Origin: Octopus bimaculoides
Lineage: Eukaryota
Reading direction: 5' to 3'
Length of the DNA: 40,222 nt
Assembly (NCBI RefSeq): GCF_001194135.2
Contig: NC_068981.1
Location: forward strand, 46,427,136-46,467,357
Shown here: piece by piece, positions 24,563 to 36,791 of the stretch
How positions within the stretch are numbered: the first letter of the stretch is position 1
How the letters are laid out: each line of letters starts with the position of its first letter
Made by a program: the position numbers and the translations under genes
Notes under the pieces: generated by a model
Database searches by the model: none
What the model saw: the letters and a program-made list of their open reading frames with translations, nothing else
Told to the model about the DNA's origin: nothing

Positions 24563-26329
24563 TATNNNNNNNNNNNNNNNNNNNNNNNNNNNNNNNNNNN
24601 NNNNNNNNNNNNNNNNNNNNNNNNNNNNNNNNNNNNNNNNNNNNNNNNNNNNNNNNNNNNNNNNNNNNNNNNNNNNNNNNNNNNNNNNNNNNNNNNNNNN
24701 NNNNNNNNNNNNNNNNNNNNNNNNNNNNNNNNNNNNNNNNNNNNNNNNNNNNNNNNNNNNNNNNNNNNNNNNNNNNNNNNNNNNNNNNNNNNNNNNNNNN
24801 NNNNNNNNNNNNNNNNNNNNNNNNNNNNNNNNNNNNNNNNNNNNNNNNNNNNNNNNNNNNNNNNNNNNNNNNNNNNNNNNNNNNNNNNNNNNNNNNNNNN
24901 NNNNNNNNNNNNNNNNNNNNNNNNNNNNNNNNNNNNNNNNNNNNNNNNNNNNNNNNNNNNNNNNNNNNNNNNNNNNNNNNNNNNNNNNNNNNNNNNNNNN
25001 NNNNNNNNNNNNNNNNNNNNNNNNNNNNNNNNNNNNNNNNNNNNNNNNNNNNNNNNNNNNNNNNNNNNNNNNNNNNNNNNNNNNNNNNNNNNNNNNNNNN
25101 NNNNNNNNNNNNNNNNNNNNNNNNNNNNNNNNNNNNNNNNNNNNNNNNNNNNNNNNNNNNNNNNNNNNNNNNTATATATAGTTGATTTGTATTCCGTTAA
25201 GAATATATTAAGTGTACAAAATAGAGAACTTTTGCTAGAATTAGATAGCGGGCAGTTGTATGGTATACTAGCAATTCTAGGCTTTGGCATTCCTCGTTAG
25301 TTATAAATAGAAAGGAAAAGTAAATAGGACGAAAAGGAACAGGACGTATGGTTCGACAGCTGTTTAATAACCCCTACATATGTTTCGATACAACATAGAT
25401 TCACATATGCATGATCTAAATTTAAATTGATTAACAGTTTAATTATATAATAGGATCTAGTTGTATTTCCTGGGGTGATATATAATCGGTGTCTCAAGAA
25501 GTAAATATTTGATTTCGATGCTATCGCACATCCAACTGGCTCCTTTGTGTGTAGCAGATGCTCACAATTTCAATCCGATCGTTTTGAGCGTGCCTCTATA
25601 TGCTCAACATGAGCAGCATTGTTCATGTTGTTTGTTTACTTTGTTTCACATGTTAGGCTGCACAAATACACTCACACATGCGCTCATACTTATACAATCA
25701 CTCATACACAGATATACCACTACATCTTTGGGCATCCTCATACATATATACACCCACACAGACACACACACACTGGCATACACACACGCACACAACACAC
25801 ACACACGCATATATATATATATGATATATATGTAATATATACAGATGCACATACAGTAATTTACTCATATTCATGTATAGAGTTATAACGTTGGACAAAT
25901 GTATATTCAAATATATACATATATTTACATATTCATGTATATTTACAAACACACACACACACACACACACACGTATATATATATATATAAATGCATACAA
26001 ACACACACACATACATGCATAAATACAATCGTCCTCAAAATACTCATAGTCCTGTTAATTTTTGTTATTTTTTAATATTTTTATCATGAAATGAATGCAT
26101 TTTGTCAAGTTTTTTTTAATTTTTTATGCGGAATGCATGACCAACAAATAAAAGAATGACAACTGTACATATTTCAAGAAATTATTCATGCGAATGTTGT
26201 ATCTAAGAGACTAAGTTTTTATTCCCGGTACTCTACCCGTTTCTTGGAGAGTGCTATTCATTACTCTACCATAACACTTAACCTTGTATATTTACCTAAT
26301 ATATCCCATATATACAAATGCAGTGCGCT

Positions 26330-28083
26330 CTTTAGATGTTATGTGCAAGGCAGCAGCTGAACAGGAGACTATTTGTGCATGGCGCAAAAGATTGTGTAGC
26401 AGCTGACATGGCTACATCAAGCTCAAACAAGGTAAGTTGCCCACCTCTGCGCAAGAGCACCACACTCATGATACATGGGGTTGCCCCCACGAACGGCAGT
26501 CGTCAGGCCAATATTTCTACAAAATATTGTGGGTCTGTTGCATCACAAGAGCAATTGCAAAATTATTTTCCTGGGAGACTTTGCTGCATTCTATCAAGTC
26601 CTATGCATAGCGCTAGTGGAAACTCACCTCAGCTCTGATATAGAAGATGCAGAAATACACTTGCCAAAATATGCCAGACTGCGAACAGACAGAAGAGAAA
26701 GGAGCCATGGTAGAGTTGCTGTATGCATCACTGAAGATTTCATACCCCAAGTCTTACTGTCATACTCAAATTCAGTATGCGCCACTCTATTTATATACAT
26801 AAGACAGCACAATATAGTCATATGCAATACATATCGCCCATCAGATGCTCCATTTGACATAGGCAAGTTTGAAGATTGCTTCAGAAGTATTAAAGAAATT
26901 CTCATGAAACTGGTACACCACGTGAGCGTATTTCTATGGGTAAATTCAAATTCCCCAATGTTAAATGGCCCGAAGACTTCATGCTCTCAGGAATGACTCA
27001 TTGCAAACAAGCACAGGTGGAGTCCTTGCTCAACCTCACCAATATAGTATTCATGGAGCAGGTTGTGTTCAGATCAACTAGGGCGAATAATATTTTGGGT
27101 CTCAGCTTCACAAACAATACGGACATCGTTCATGATGTAAAAGTGACGCTGACATTAGTTTCGGATCACAACATAATAGAGCTGTCTATGTATAGAACAA
27201 AAGTAGACAGGGAATACAGCCTAAAGGAAGCATCCAAAATCTCTCCAATCTGAAATCCCACAGAACAGACTGGAAATCGATCGAAAAAGGACTGGCTAAG
27301 ATGTTTCTCCATACCAGATATTGGCATGAAACTAGAATATTTCATGTCTGCTCTGCAAACCATATGCCAGAATTATTTCCCTGAGCACATGGCTAACAGA
27401 AAAAGGAGCAAGATTCCCGGGGAGATGAAGATACTCATGAGACGACGGGCGATGGTTGCAAATCGTTTCAACCAACACTCCAAAAGTAGAGAAAGGTCTA
27501 GCCTAAAAACAACACTGTTGGAGATTCAATAAAAGCTTGCAACAATACTATGTGAGGGAGAGAACTCTCAAAGAAGCTTGGGATATAAAAAAAAATCGTT
27601 AAGTCAAACCCAAGGCATTCTTTCATTATACAAAAGAAACAGACTCAGTACGCTGCAAAATTTGACCCCTCTTTGAAAATGATTACTCCCTCATAGATAG
27701 TCCAAGTAGGATCGGTGTGGTATTGAATGACCAGTTCAAAAGTGTCTTTACTACCTGATTGGGACACAGACAATTGAACGAAGCAGTGCATTTCCCTGCC
27801 GACTCACCTATAACCAGCGAGGCAGATACGATGAAATACGTCGATATTAGTGAAGATATGCTACTTGCCATAGATAAAGTGGACGCAAACTCAACTGCTA
27901 ATCCTGATGGTTTCCCAGCATTCCTCTTCAAGTCGTGTAAATCACTACAGATTCTCAGTAAATCACTGGCGAGATCACTAAAGATTCTCTTCCAGAGCTT
28001 TGTTGCAAAATGGGAGGCTCCCAAGCAAACTGAAGAGGGAATGATATGCCCAATCCATAAAAGAGGAAGCAGAGTAGCTGCTT
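26330..28083 (+). mobile_element. CR1-like LINE fragment: APE endonuclease, linker and start of RT, with frameshifts
   Basis: ORFs 26475-26996, 26936-27253, 27326-27532 and 27759-28085 give IALVETHL, RTDR..RSHGRVAV, NTYRP, TRANNILGLSFTN, SDHNII, FKSVFT, PDGFPAFLFKSC and ICPIHKRGS. These are canonical APE and early RT motifs. The 5' limit is uncertain. Confidence 0.9.
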
Positions 28084-28751
28084 GACAAATTGCGCTGCCC
28101 GGTTCACGTACGCTTGAACCAATTGAATATGTAGCAGTCTAAAACATAATTCCTGGAGCAACCAAAAAGTTGTATTGAAGAGATGTTTATGGAATCAGAT
28201 TTCTACAGGCATGTATAAATTGTATTGTAGCACATTTTGGGTGATATTCACTCTATTTAATTCTTAACTCCTGCTACAAAAGTCTAGTTAATAGTCCTTA
28301 CATATTTCTCTCAATAATATTTACTTCAGAAATTGTTTAAGAGAGGATGACATTTATTCTTCAAATATTTTTACTCTACTTTCTAATAAGCATTGAATGA
28401 TTTTCCACAAAACTTTTCAATACATTGTGGATATCTTGATAATTTTTTTGAAAACCAAGTAACTCTTTAAACTATTCGAGAGTCATCATACCAGAAATTG
28501 CAGAAATGCTAGACGAGGAAGACGAAAGACGACGTTTAAGAAAACGTTTTGAAATCCGGTCATATTTTGATGTTACCAATGAGTTGATTTTTTTGCAGGC
28601 ATCATATGAAAATCCTTTCATAGGTTTAAGATGTGTTCAGCTTCATTAGAGAACATCCCAATTTCTCTGAATAGATATATATATATTTTTTTTAACGATT
28701 ACACGTCTACAATTCATTGAGCAATGTCTGTATGCCTGCATAAATGTAAAT

Positions 28752-29012
28752 GCAGGCTTAGTGGTTAGGGCTTTCGACTCACGATCGTAAGGTCGACACT
28801 TTATTTCACGTGGCTCCAGTTCACTCAACAGGCAAATATGAGTAGTGCCTGCAATTTCAAAGGGCCAACATAGTCACATTCTGTGTCACGTTAAGAGTAC
28901 ATATGTCTGGAGGGGGGGGGGGGGTTGCTCAGCCACTTGTATGTCAATTTCACGATGAAGCTGTTCCACTGGTCTTATTACCTGGGGACACCCTCGTCGT
29001 AACCGTCGGAGC
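28752..29012 (+). mobile_element. tRNA-derived SINE (family C here), with internal deletions and a 13-G run
   Basis: A-box head ggcttagtggttagggc, CORE-like body, and a 3' part (tttcaaaggg...gctcagccac...aatttcacga...ccctcg.cgt) shared with 38293-38677. Confidence 0.7.
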
Positions 29013-29041
29013 GTTCGTTTTAAATTAATTTGTAGATATTC

Positions 29042-29084
<43 letters not shown>

Positions 29085-29784
29085 CACACACACACACACA
29101 AACACACACCCGAAACACGCGCACGCACACACGCGCACACACGCACACACACACATATGCGTTTGTATATGATCGTTTACGTAAGTATGTATGTGTGTGG
29201 AGTGTAGATCGATCGATAGGTTCATACATACATATATACATAGGTATACTAGTGTATGTATAAGCATGTATATGTTTATGTATATAAACATGTGTATAAC
29301 ATGCGTGTACGTATTGGCGTTAACAATGAAAGCAATTATCAGACAAAACTTTTCTAAGGACATGAGGAAGAAAATTATTTTTAATTTGTTGAAATTCCTA
29401 GACATCTACATTTGTATTTATTCATTTAGCTGAATATACCAGCTCTTTAACATTCCTGTTCTACTGGTAAAATCTAATACAATAAAAATTCTAATGCTTA
29501 CCGAATCCTTGGAATGTCTGAGACATCTTTATCATCTATTAAGTATACCAAACTAGGTTCCGATGAAGCATGAAAATATTATCTTGAAAGCTCCACAAAA
29601 AAGAAAATAAATGTATGTCATAGTAAAACCACTTGAATTATAAATCTCACTGAAACAATGTACCTCAACATGGCTGCACATTCCAGCAAACACTAAATAT
29701 TGGAATGTGTAGGATTAACTATGATATATTCTTCACAAGAACATACATACATATACATAGACACTAAGAAACACACACGCACAC

Positions 29785-29845
<61 letters not shown>

Positions 29846-29962
29846 CATTCATATACATAAACATAGAGCATACAAATGTATAAATGCATATGTGTGTATG
29901 TGTGTATGTGCCTCTATGTATGGTATGCATATTGTGTGTGTATATATATGTATATATATATA

Positions 29963-30028
<66 letters not shown>

Positions 30029-30166
30029 TGTGTATGTGTGTGCATACAAACACATACACGCGCGCGCATGTATATATAAATACTTTTATAAATATACTCA
30101 CGAAAATATGAACACGCATTCACTAGACACAAACAAAATCTACGCATATATATACATATGTATATT

Positions 30167-30230
<64 letters not shown>

Positions 30231-30814
30231 CAGGCATACAAAGACTGAACGTGGAATAAAGTAAATTCGAAATTCGAACGTGGTCATATTCTCTGATATG
30301 TTTTGCTTTCGTGCGTTAAAGGATAAAATTTGATCTTAATAAAGACTAGAAAGCATCTCCAGCTTTAGTTGAAGCATCCATCCATCCATTCAAGCATCCA
30401 TATATCCATAAATACATACATACATGCGTACATACATACATACATACATACATACATGCATACATATGGACGACAACCACACATATACACACAAATGCAT
30501 GCATCTCGGTGCGAGCACGTATGTGTGTTAGCTCGCTTTGTAACCACGTGTTTTCTCATTTAGTCACAATGCGCAGCACTTTGATCCACTGTCTTCTAAT
30601 ACAGCCCTTGGCTGACCGACAGGTTGAGAACCACAAATAAAAAAAGAATAAATAAACACTGTATCTGATTTGATCGGTTAGAAGCGCTTCAAGTCACAAT
30701 CTAGGGATAGAATAAAGTAAAACCTAAAAAGTAATAAATGTTTTTTGTTGCATTGTTTTTTCGTTTCCTACCCGTTTCAATCGTAAGACTTCGGTAATGG
30801 TAGTACCTCTCCCG

Positions 30815-30905
30815 AATCAACTTACAAAGGTTTTGTCGACTCCAGCTATAGTAGACGATACCTGCCCAAGGTAGTATACAGTGGGTCTGACAGACGAACC
30901 ATATG
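30815..30905 (-). mobile_element. SINE family A head fragment
   Basis: acaaaggttttgtcgactccagctatagtagacgatacctgcccaaggt...cagtgggtctga. Confidence 0.6.
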
Positions 30906-31389
30906 CCGAACGATACGTGTATGAACGAATACATACATGCATACATACATGCACAAACGCACGCACGCATATATACATTCACTCGAATGCACGTCATTAT
31001 TCCGTGTTACTTCAAGATTTCTTGTCCATAGGGAATGAATCGTTTCTACCCTAGATCCAAAGCTCCTTAATTGGAATTTCAACAACATCAACATACTATG
31101 TTTATATGTATGAATATATATATATACATATCATTATTATGATCGACCGTTGACTGAACACTATTCAATTTTTTTTCTCCGTGTTTTTTCTCCTTGTCTC
31201 CGTATTCTTTCTGTTGAAGAGCGTAGCTCGAAACGTCAAAGACTTTCCGTATTCCCGAGCGTCATACTAATATATCCTTTTGTTATTTACACCACCTGTC
31301 CTCGTCTGTTGTTATTATTTGTATATTCTCCCATATATATATATATGTATGTAGGTATGTATGTATGTGTGTATGTATGTATGTATGTG

Positions 31390-32145
31390 TGTATGTATGT
31401 ATACGTGCAGATTTGTATGTTTTGTCTTATCTATGTCTTCTTAGGCATACACTTGCATATCTACACATGCTCATGTCCAATAATTACAGGTATAAACCTG
31501 AATTTGTAATCTGGATAGAGTAACTGCAGATTTCTTAATAGTTCATCGTAGGCATTCTCTTTTTCATTGATCTTCAGCGTTACGTTAACATCCGCTGGGA
31601 AGTTGATTTCCACAACTGTACAGTTTCTCTTCTCAATCCCAAATCGTTGTATCAGGTTTATTATGTCTACATTTTATTTAGGTTTTACTGTGGCATTCCA
31701 CCAGTACTCCTTTTTTTATTATGAGTGACTATGTCTTCTACCATGTTATTGGTTTTTATTTCTTTGTCCACGGGGTTATCCTTCCGGCAGATTTCCTTAT
31801 ACAATTTTCTAGCTACAATATTATGCCTCATCGGTAGGTAATAACGTGATGACATTTCTGCACAACTGTTTATGACGTAGGTGATATCTTCGGTGCCATC
31901 TCCTCAAAGTCTGCATCCTTTAACCCATTTAAGAGCTTGTTGTGAATCTCCGTCCCATTTGTACATCAGGTATTTAGTTATTTCCTGTTCCTCAATTGCA
32001 AACGCATACCCTTCAAAGTGGGAAGTAGTAATCCGTTTGTTGGTCCATGATAGGCTGCTTTTATGTTACTATTAGCTCGGAAGTTTCTACTAATATATCC
32101 ATGCATGCTTTTCTGCTCATATGCGCTCAACCTTTCATCTGATAT
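31390..32145 (-). mobile_element. R4/Dong-like non-LTR retrotransposon 3' fragment with CCHC zinc finger and restriction-like endonuclease
   Basis: Minus translation: QKSMHGY...SHFEGYAFAIEEQEITKYL...CRL*GDGTEDITYVINSCAEMSSRYYLPMRHNIVARKLY...EYWWN...HNKPD..IWD...CTVVEI..PADVN...KINEKENAYDELLRNLQLLYPDYKFRFIPVIIG. It is 5'-truncated, and its 3' end runs into a (CATA)n tract. Confidence 0.88.
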
Positions 32146-33815
32146 GTTACAGTTTAATCGTGCGAATTATTTGGGCATGTGTTCAAGGTTATCAGACGAG
32201 GAACGCTGTTGAAGGAGCAGCTTTCAAATTCTTATGATTTAATCGACCTCATGTATGCAAAATTGGTCAAGGGATGCACTTCGACACCTGGTGATTAAAA
32301 GATGTTGCCGAAAATGATAGATACGACATTCAAAAGCAGTTTGGATCGATATTAAGCCCCTGCTGACTTGTTTTAGTTTTTGTTAGAGGCTGTCTACTTC
32401 ACAATTGATGCGGAATATATGTACGCTTGTTAGTATTTTCCGGGTTTTCGCATCAATGACTCTGATGTGAGTGTAAGGTGGCTCTTCACAATTTACAACC
32501 GAAAGGCACGAGTATAGTCGTCATTAAAGTAACTGAGAGTGCCAGCCAGTACCAGTATTACTAAGAATAACAGTCAAAACAAATCTTAGCCACGTGAGAG
32601 CACTTATCTATCGACTGAGAGAATGTTCTCGTGAAAGTATGATTCAATTCATGTGCTTATTGGTGTGAATATCTTCTTAAACATGAAGCCATGCTCAGTT
32701 TTATATATTTTCATGAAATATTTGGTTATGTCTTGACTTATGTCGTTGAAAAATCATTCTTGAATTATGTCCTGGATTATCTAATATTACTGGATGCGGC
32801 TATTTTCATGGTATTTTAATGAATAATCATATGTATGCATTCAGTTTATGTGTTTTTCTATTGTTACTGCAGTATTTTAATTAGGTTTCGCGTATTGACG
32901 TCAAAATAACTTCGGCAAACAGAAAATAGTTTTGCATTACTGCTGAATGTTATCTCTCATTCTGTTTCTGACGTACTAATATACATGTGTTCGAGTGAGT
33001 GCCAGTATGTGAGTTTGTGTGTGTGTGTATGTGTGTGTGTGTGTGTGTGTATGTGTGTGTGTTTGTGTGTATGTACATGCCTATGTGCACATGTGTGTGT
33101 GTACATGCGTCTGTGTACATGTGTGTGTGTACATGTGTGTGTCTGGATGCGTATATCGCCTTCTGTACTACGCTTGCATCCGTTGTCTATCTTCTGGGGC
33201 TAATTATATTTTAGTTAGCTGTATTATCATCTCACGTTATATTTCCATTTTTCTTATCTGGATTTATTTTGTGCAATATAATATAGTTTATCCGATTCTT
33301 ACTTAGTCATATGATCCAATAGTAAATTCTGAGTCTGATTATTCAAACTGAGGACGGAGTATTTACGCTGCTATACATAGAATGGTAATTTCATTTCTGT
33401 TAACATGAAATTCAGACGAAGAGTAACAGTAAAAGGGAATTTCATTCATTTGTAAATAAAAACAAATGATACTCTTTTTACTTTGAAAACAAAAAAAGGA
33501 ACACGACCAGCAAACACACATCGAATGATGAACCATAAAGGGAACGGGGGCCAAAAACAATGAGGAAGGTGTAAAACGCTAGAGGTGTTAGCTTCTTTAT
33601 TGTTTATGAACGATTTATTGAATGAAACGATTGTTTTTGTTTCAAGTTTTAATTTATTGGTTTTTAGGTAATGGATTTATACATTTATTTTGTGAAATCT
33701 CCTAAGGAAATATAGAAGTGCCATTTGAAAATTTTGAAATTCATTTCTATGTAACTTCATTTTTTTTTTTTTTAATGGATACTTCGATTCAATCCCATCG
33801 TTAATTCGAGGTACT

Positions 33816-33881
<66 letters not shown>

Positions 33882-34529
33882 CATTTATTCTTACACGTTG
33901 TTGCACACTTGAGCCTCGAAAACGACTCTTCGCTGTAGGTTATAGATTCGAAGAATACATTTTCGCTATACACGCCCAGCGTAAACAACGCACTTGCTCC
34001 AGGGAACTGTGTATATTTATGTATGAGTGCGTGGGAAGGATCCTTGTGCATGCGCCTTTGAGAACGTGTGTGTATTTATACTTGTACATCCGTTGTTTTC
34101 AAGTATATAGACCCATGTTTTAGTATATGTTGACTCTGTAAATCTGTAATTTGCAATACAACGTTTTGGAAAACATAGGTGAAATGTTTTTGTAATATTG
34201 AGATGTTTGTTCTTCTCCTCACTGAAATTCTTTCTTGGATAATATATAATTGTAGTCTTTATTTTAGTATAATTTCCTTCGTAGTTGAAAAAGAGAAGAC
34301 ACAACGAAAAACGAAAGCAGTTAAACGAATAATGATGCTACCTACAAATATACAAAAAACTCCACCTTAAACCGTCACAAGTTGTGAACGTTTTTATCGA
34401 AAACTTTTCAACGTCTACATACAATATACGTATATAAACAACTCCAAAACGTTGTCCATTCTCGAATGTGTGACAGAAAAATAAATTGGCTCGTTGAGTT
34501 CATCAACATCACACCCCTATTTAAGTAAG

Positions 34530-35030
34530 AGGCAATCATCGATTACATCGACCATGGACGTTAGTTATTCTTTTAAATCATGCAAAAATAAATAAATAAA
34601 GTACTCAAGCGAAAACCACTGCAGATAATTTTCAGAACTTCCTTGCATGTAGTAATCTCAAACTGTTTAAGTTGGTATACTTGTGTCCTGTCCATGGAGG
34701 ACACAGTATACCAACTCAAACCTGCTTGCCCATCGTTGTTTCCTCACACATCGGCGAAGCTATGGAGAACATTGTTAGAATATAGTCGAGCACATTCCTA
34801 TTTAAATATGGCTTACTATCACACAGCACAGCTTCTGTCCAGGAAAAACCTGCTTCATTAAGCTACTTCTAAATTATGATTGGGTGCTGAAAGAACAGGA
34901 TAATCATTTATACGTGGACATGTTATAACTTGAATTTACGAAGTAATTTGGTGAAACTAATTACAGAATGATATGCCACAATCTGTGTGATCAACGTATA
35001 CATTGACCAAATCCAGACACCGATAGAATA
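34530..35030 (+). mobile_element. Degenerate CR1-like RT fragment
   Basis: KPLQIIFRTSL, LCPVHGG, PIVVSSHIGEAMENIVR, QHSFCPGKTCFIKLLLNYDWVL and VDML*LEFTK*F...MICHNL match early CR1 RT motifs (PL.IIF.SL, CPIHKGG, TSHIGKVMERIV, QHGFR.G.SC..QLL, YLDFAKAFD). Confidence 0.75.
34665..34721. ncRNA. 57-nt hairpin, pre-miRNA-like (expression unknown)
   Basis: gtttaagttggtatacttgtgtcct-gtccatgg-aggacacagtataccaactcaaac: 23 Watson-Crick pairs, one bulge, one A-C mismatch (G:U on the minus strand) and an 8-nt loop. The confidence refers to it being a functional RNA. The hairpin itself is directly visible. Confidence 0.3.
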
Positions 35031-35197
35031 CTCTGGGAATGAAATGAAATATACTAAGATTAGTGTTACTTCATCTTCGTAGCAGAATCTGACTGAAAGA
35101 AGTATATGTAATCCAAGAATATTAATATTGCTTCGGATACGAGGCAGTAATTATACATTGCTCCGCATTTCAAGCCATTGGAGTGTCTCTTTTTTAG

Positions 35198-35352
35198 ATA
35201 AATGAAGATACCTGGCGCAGTGCAAGTGAAGATGTGAACTCAACAACAGATATGATTGTCAACAAAATATCTGCCGACACAACGAGCTGTTTTCAGGACA
35301 AACGTTTTTTGAGTTTATATAGTCTTGAAGAAATAGTCAAGAACTTTAAAAC
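35198..35352 (+). CDS. Candidate 155-nt exon (unverified), INEDTWRSASEDVNSTTDMIVNKISADTTSCFQDKRFLSLYSLEEIVKNFK
   Basis: Acceptor gtgtctctttttttag and donor GTTAGT. 51 open codons begin exactly at the acceptor, with an in-frame TAG immediately upstream. Family not recognised. Confidence 0.3.
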
Positions 35353-36791
35353 GTTAGTTGCCTCCCTTGGACCGTTAACAATTTAATTACTTTAAAAGAT
35401 ATAAAAGCCCTTTCCCTTATATTGATTAAAATATATCATAATGGCTTATTAAGTTGATACTTCGTGAATTGTTGTGTACGAGTAAAGAGACTAAGTTTAA
35501 TAGCCTCTTTTTGTGGTGGGTTGATATGGCCAATTGGAGATATATCAAAATGTAGAAGTGTGTATTAAACATACACTTGAAGAAAGATTATTATGTACAT
35601 TTGGTGTCTAAGATTAATTTTTTAAAAACCTGAGCTGACCTGAAGAAGTGTATGAAATGATACCGGAAGAGACATTTTCCGGCTTGACAAAACAAACTTG
35701 TGTTGATGGATACATCTCCAGACATTATCAGTTCTGGAATTTACATTAATTATGAGGCTCTTAGACATTGGCAGGAAAATCAATGACAATATTTCAATCT
35801 TTAGGTTAAACATATCAAATATTTCTGTAGCAAAGTTGGAAATAATATTGTGAACTGAAATCTTTATGAATTTCAGAGTGGTTTCCTCAAAGAAAAGAAA
35901 AAAAGGACCAGCTGTTTTACAATTAATCTATTAGTTAGCTACTTGTAACTCATTAAGTATATGTAAATAAATAATTATATATTTATATCCTATTTCCCTC
36001 ACGAATAAAATATATACAATATTTTATCATGCCATATTATTCATTAGCATGTTATTCTTTCAAGCACGTACGTTACTGTTCGACACAACAAGAAATCGTA
36101 GTTCTAATTATGTCAATTTACTGTCCACGGTGAACATTTATATGATGTTCCTCCAGCAAATAGTAGATTTTCAGTCCTCGAAATTAAAATGAAGAAATCT
36201 ATAGCTTTAACTTTCTGAAATAAGGCAGAAAAATTGATGAGAGAATATAAGTGAAATAGGATTTGTGTGAATCCTACTTAATAGAAAATTGTGACAATGA
36301 GTGTAAATGCACTATCTAGTAAATGATAATTTTGCTTTCAACTACGAGTGGTGTATATTTCAATGTTTCTCAAAGAGAATCCTTTGCGCGAGTTTATAAT
36401 GATCTATGTTCATGACAGTATTATACATCTTACAAAAAGTATGTTGCTTATATGGTCTCGGAAAATATAAGTGGATTGGAACGCAGTACAATCTATAGGG
36501 GTACATATAAGTACTAGCAGAACAATATAGAGCATTTTGTGCATATTAGGGTTATAACTGTTTTATGGTACATTAGAATGTTCTCAACTAATTCTTTGAA
36601 CATTATGATATTCAGTATTTCGTAAATGAAAGATATTAATAAGTCTAAATAGATCTAAAGAAAATCCCCACTATACTCATTTTCTGCTTCGAATAAAATG
36701 AAAACAGATTTTGAAAGATGAACTTTCAAATACTTAACTATGAATAAACTAAATGATTATTCTGTATCATTTTTGCAATAAAAGTGATATA

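Noticed and set aside
26330-35030. Idea that the two CR1-like pieces are halves of one element split by 6.5 kb of insertions
   Set aside because: They overlap in protein coordinates (both contain the PDG..LLK.C to CPIH.GG region) and differ in decay, so they are independent copies.
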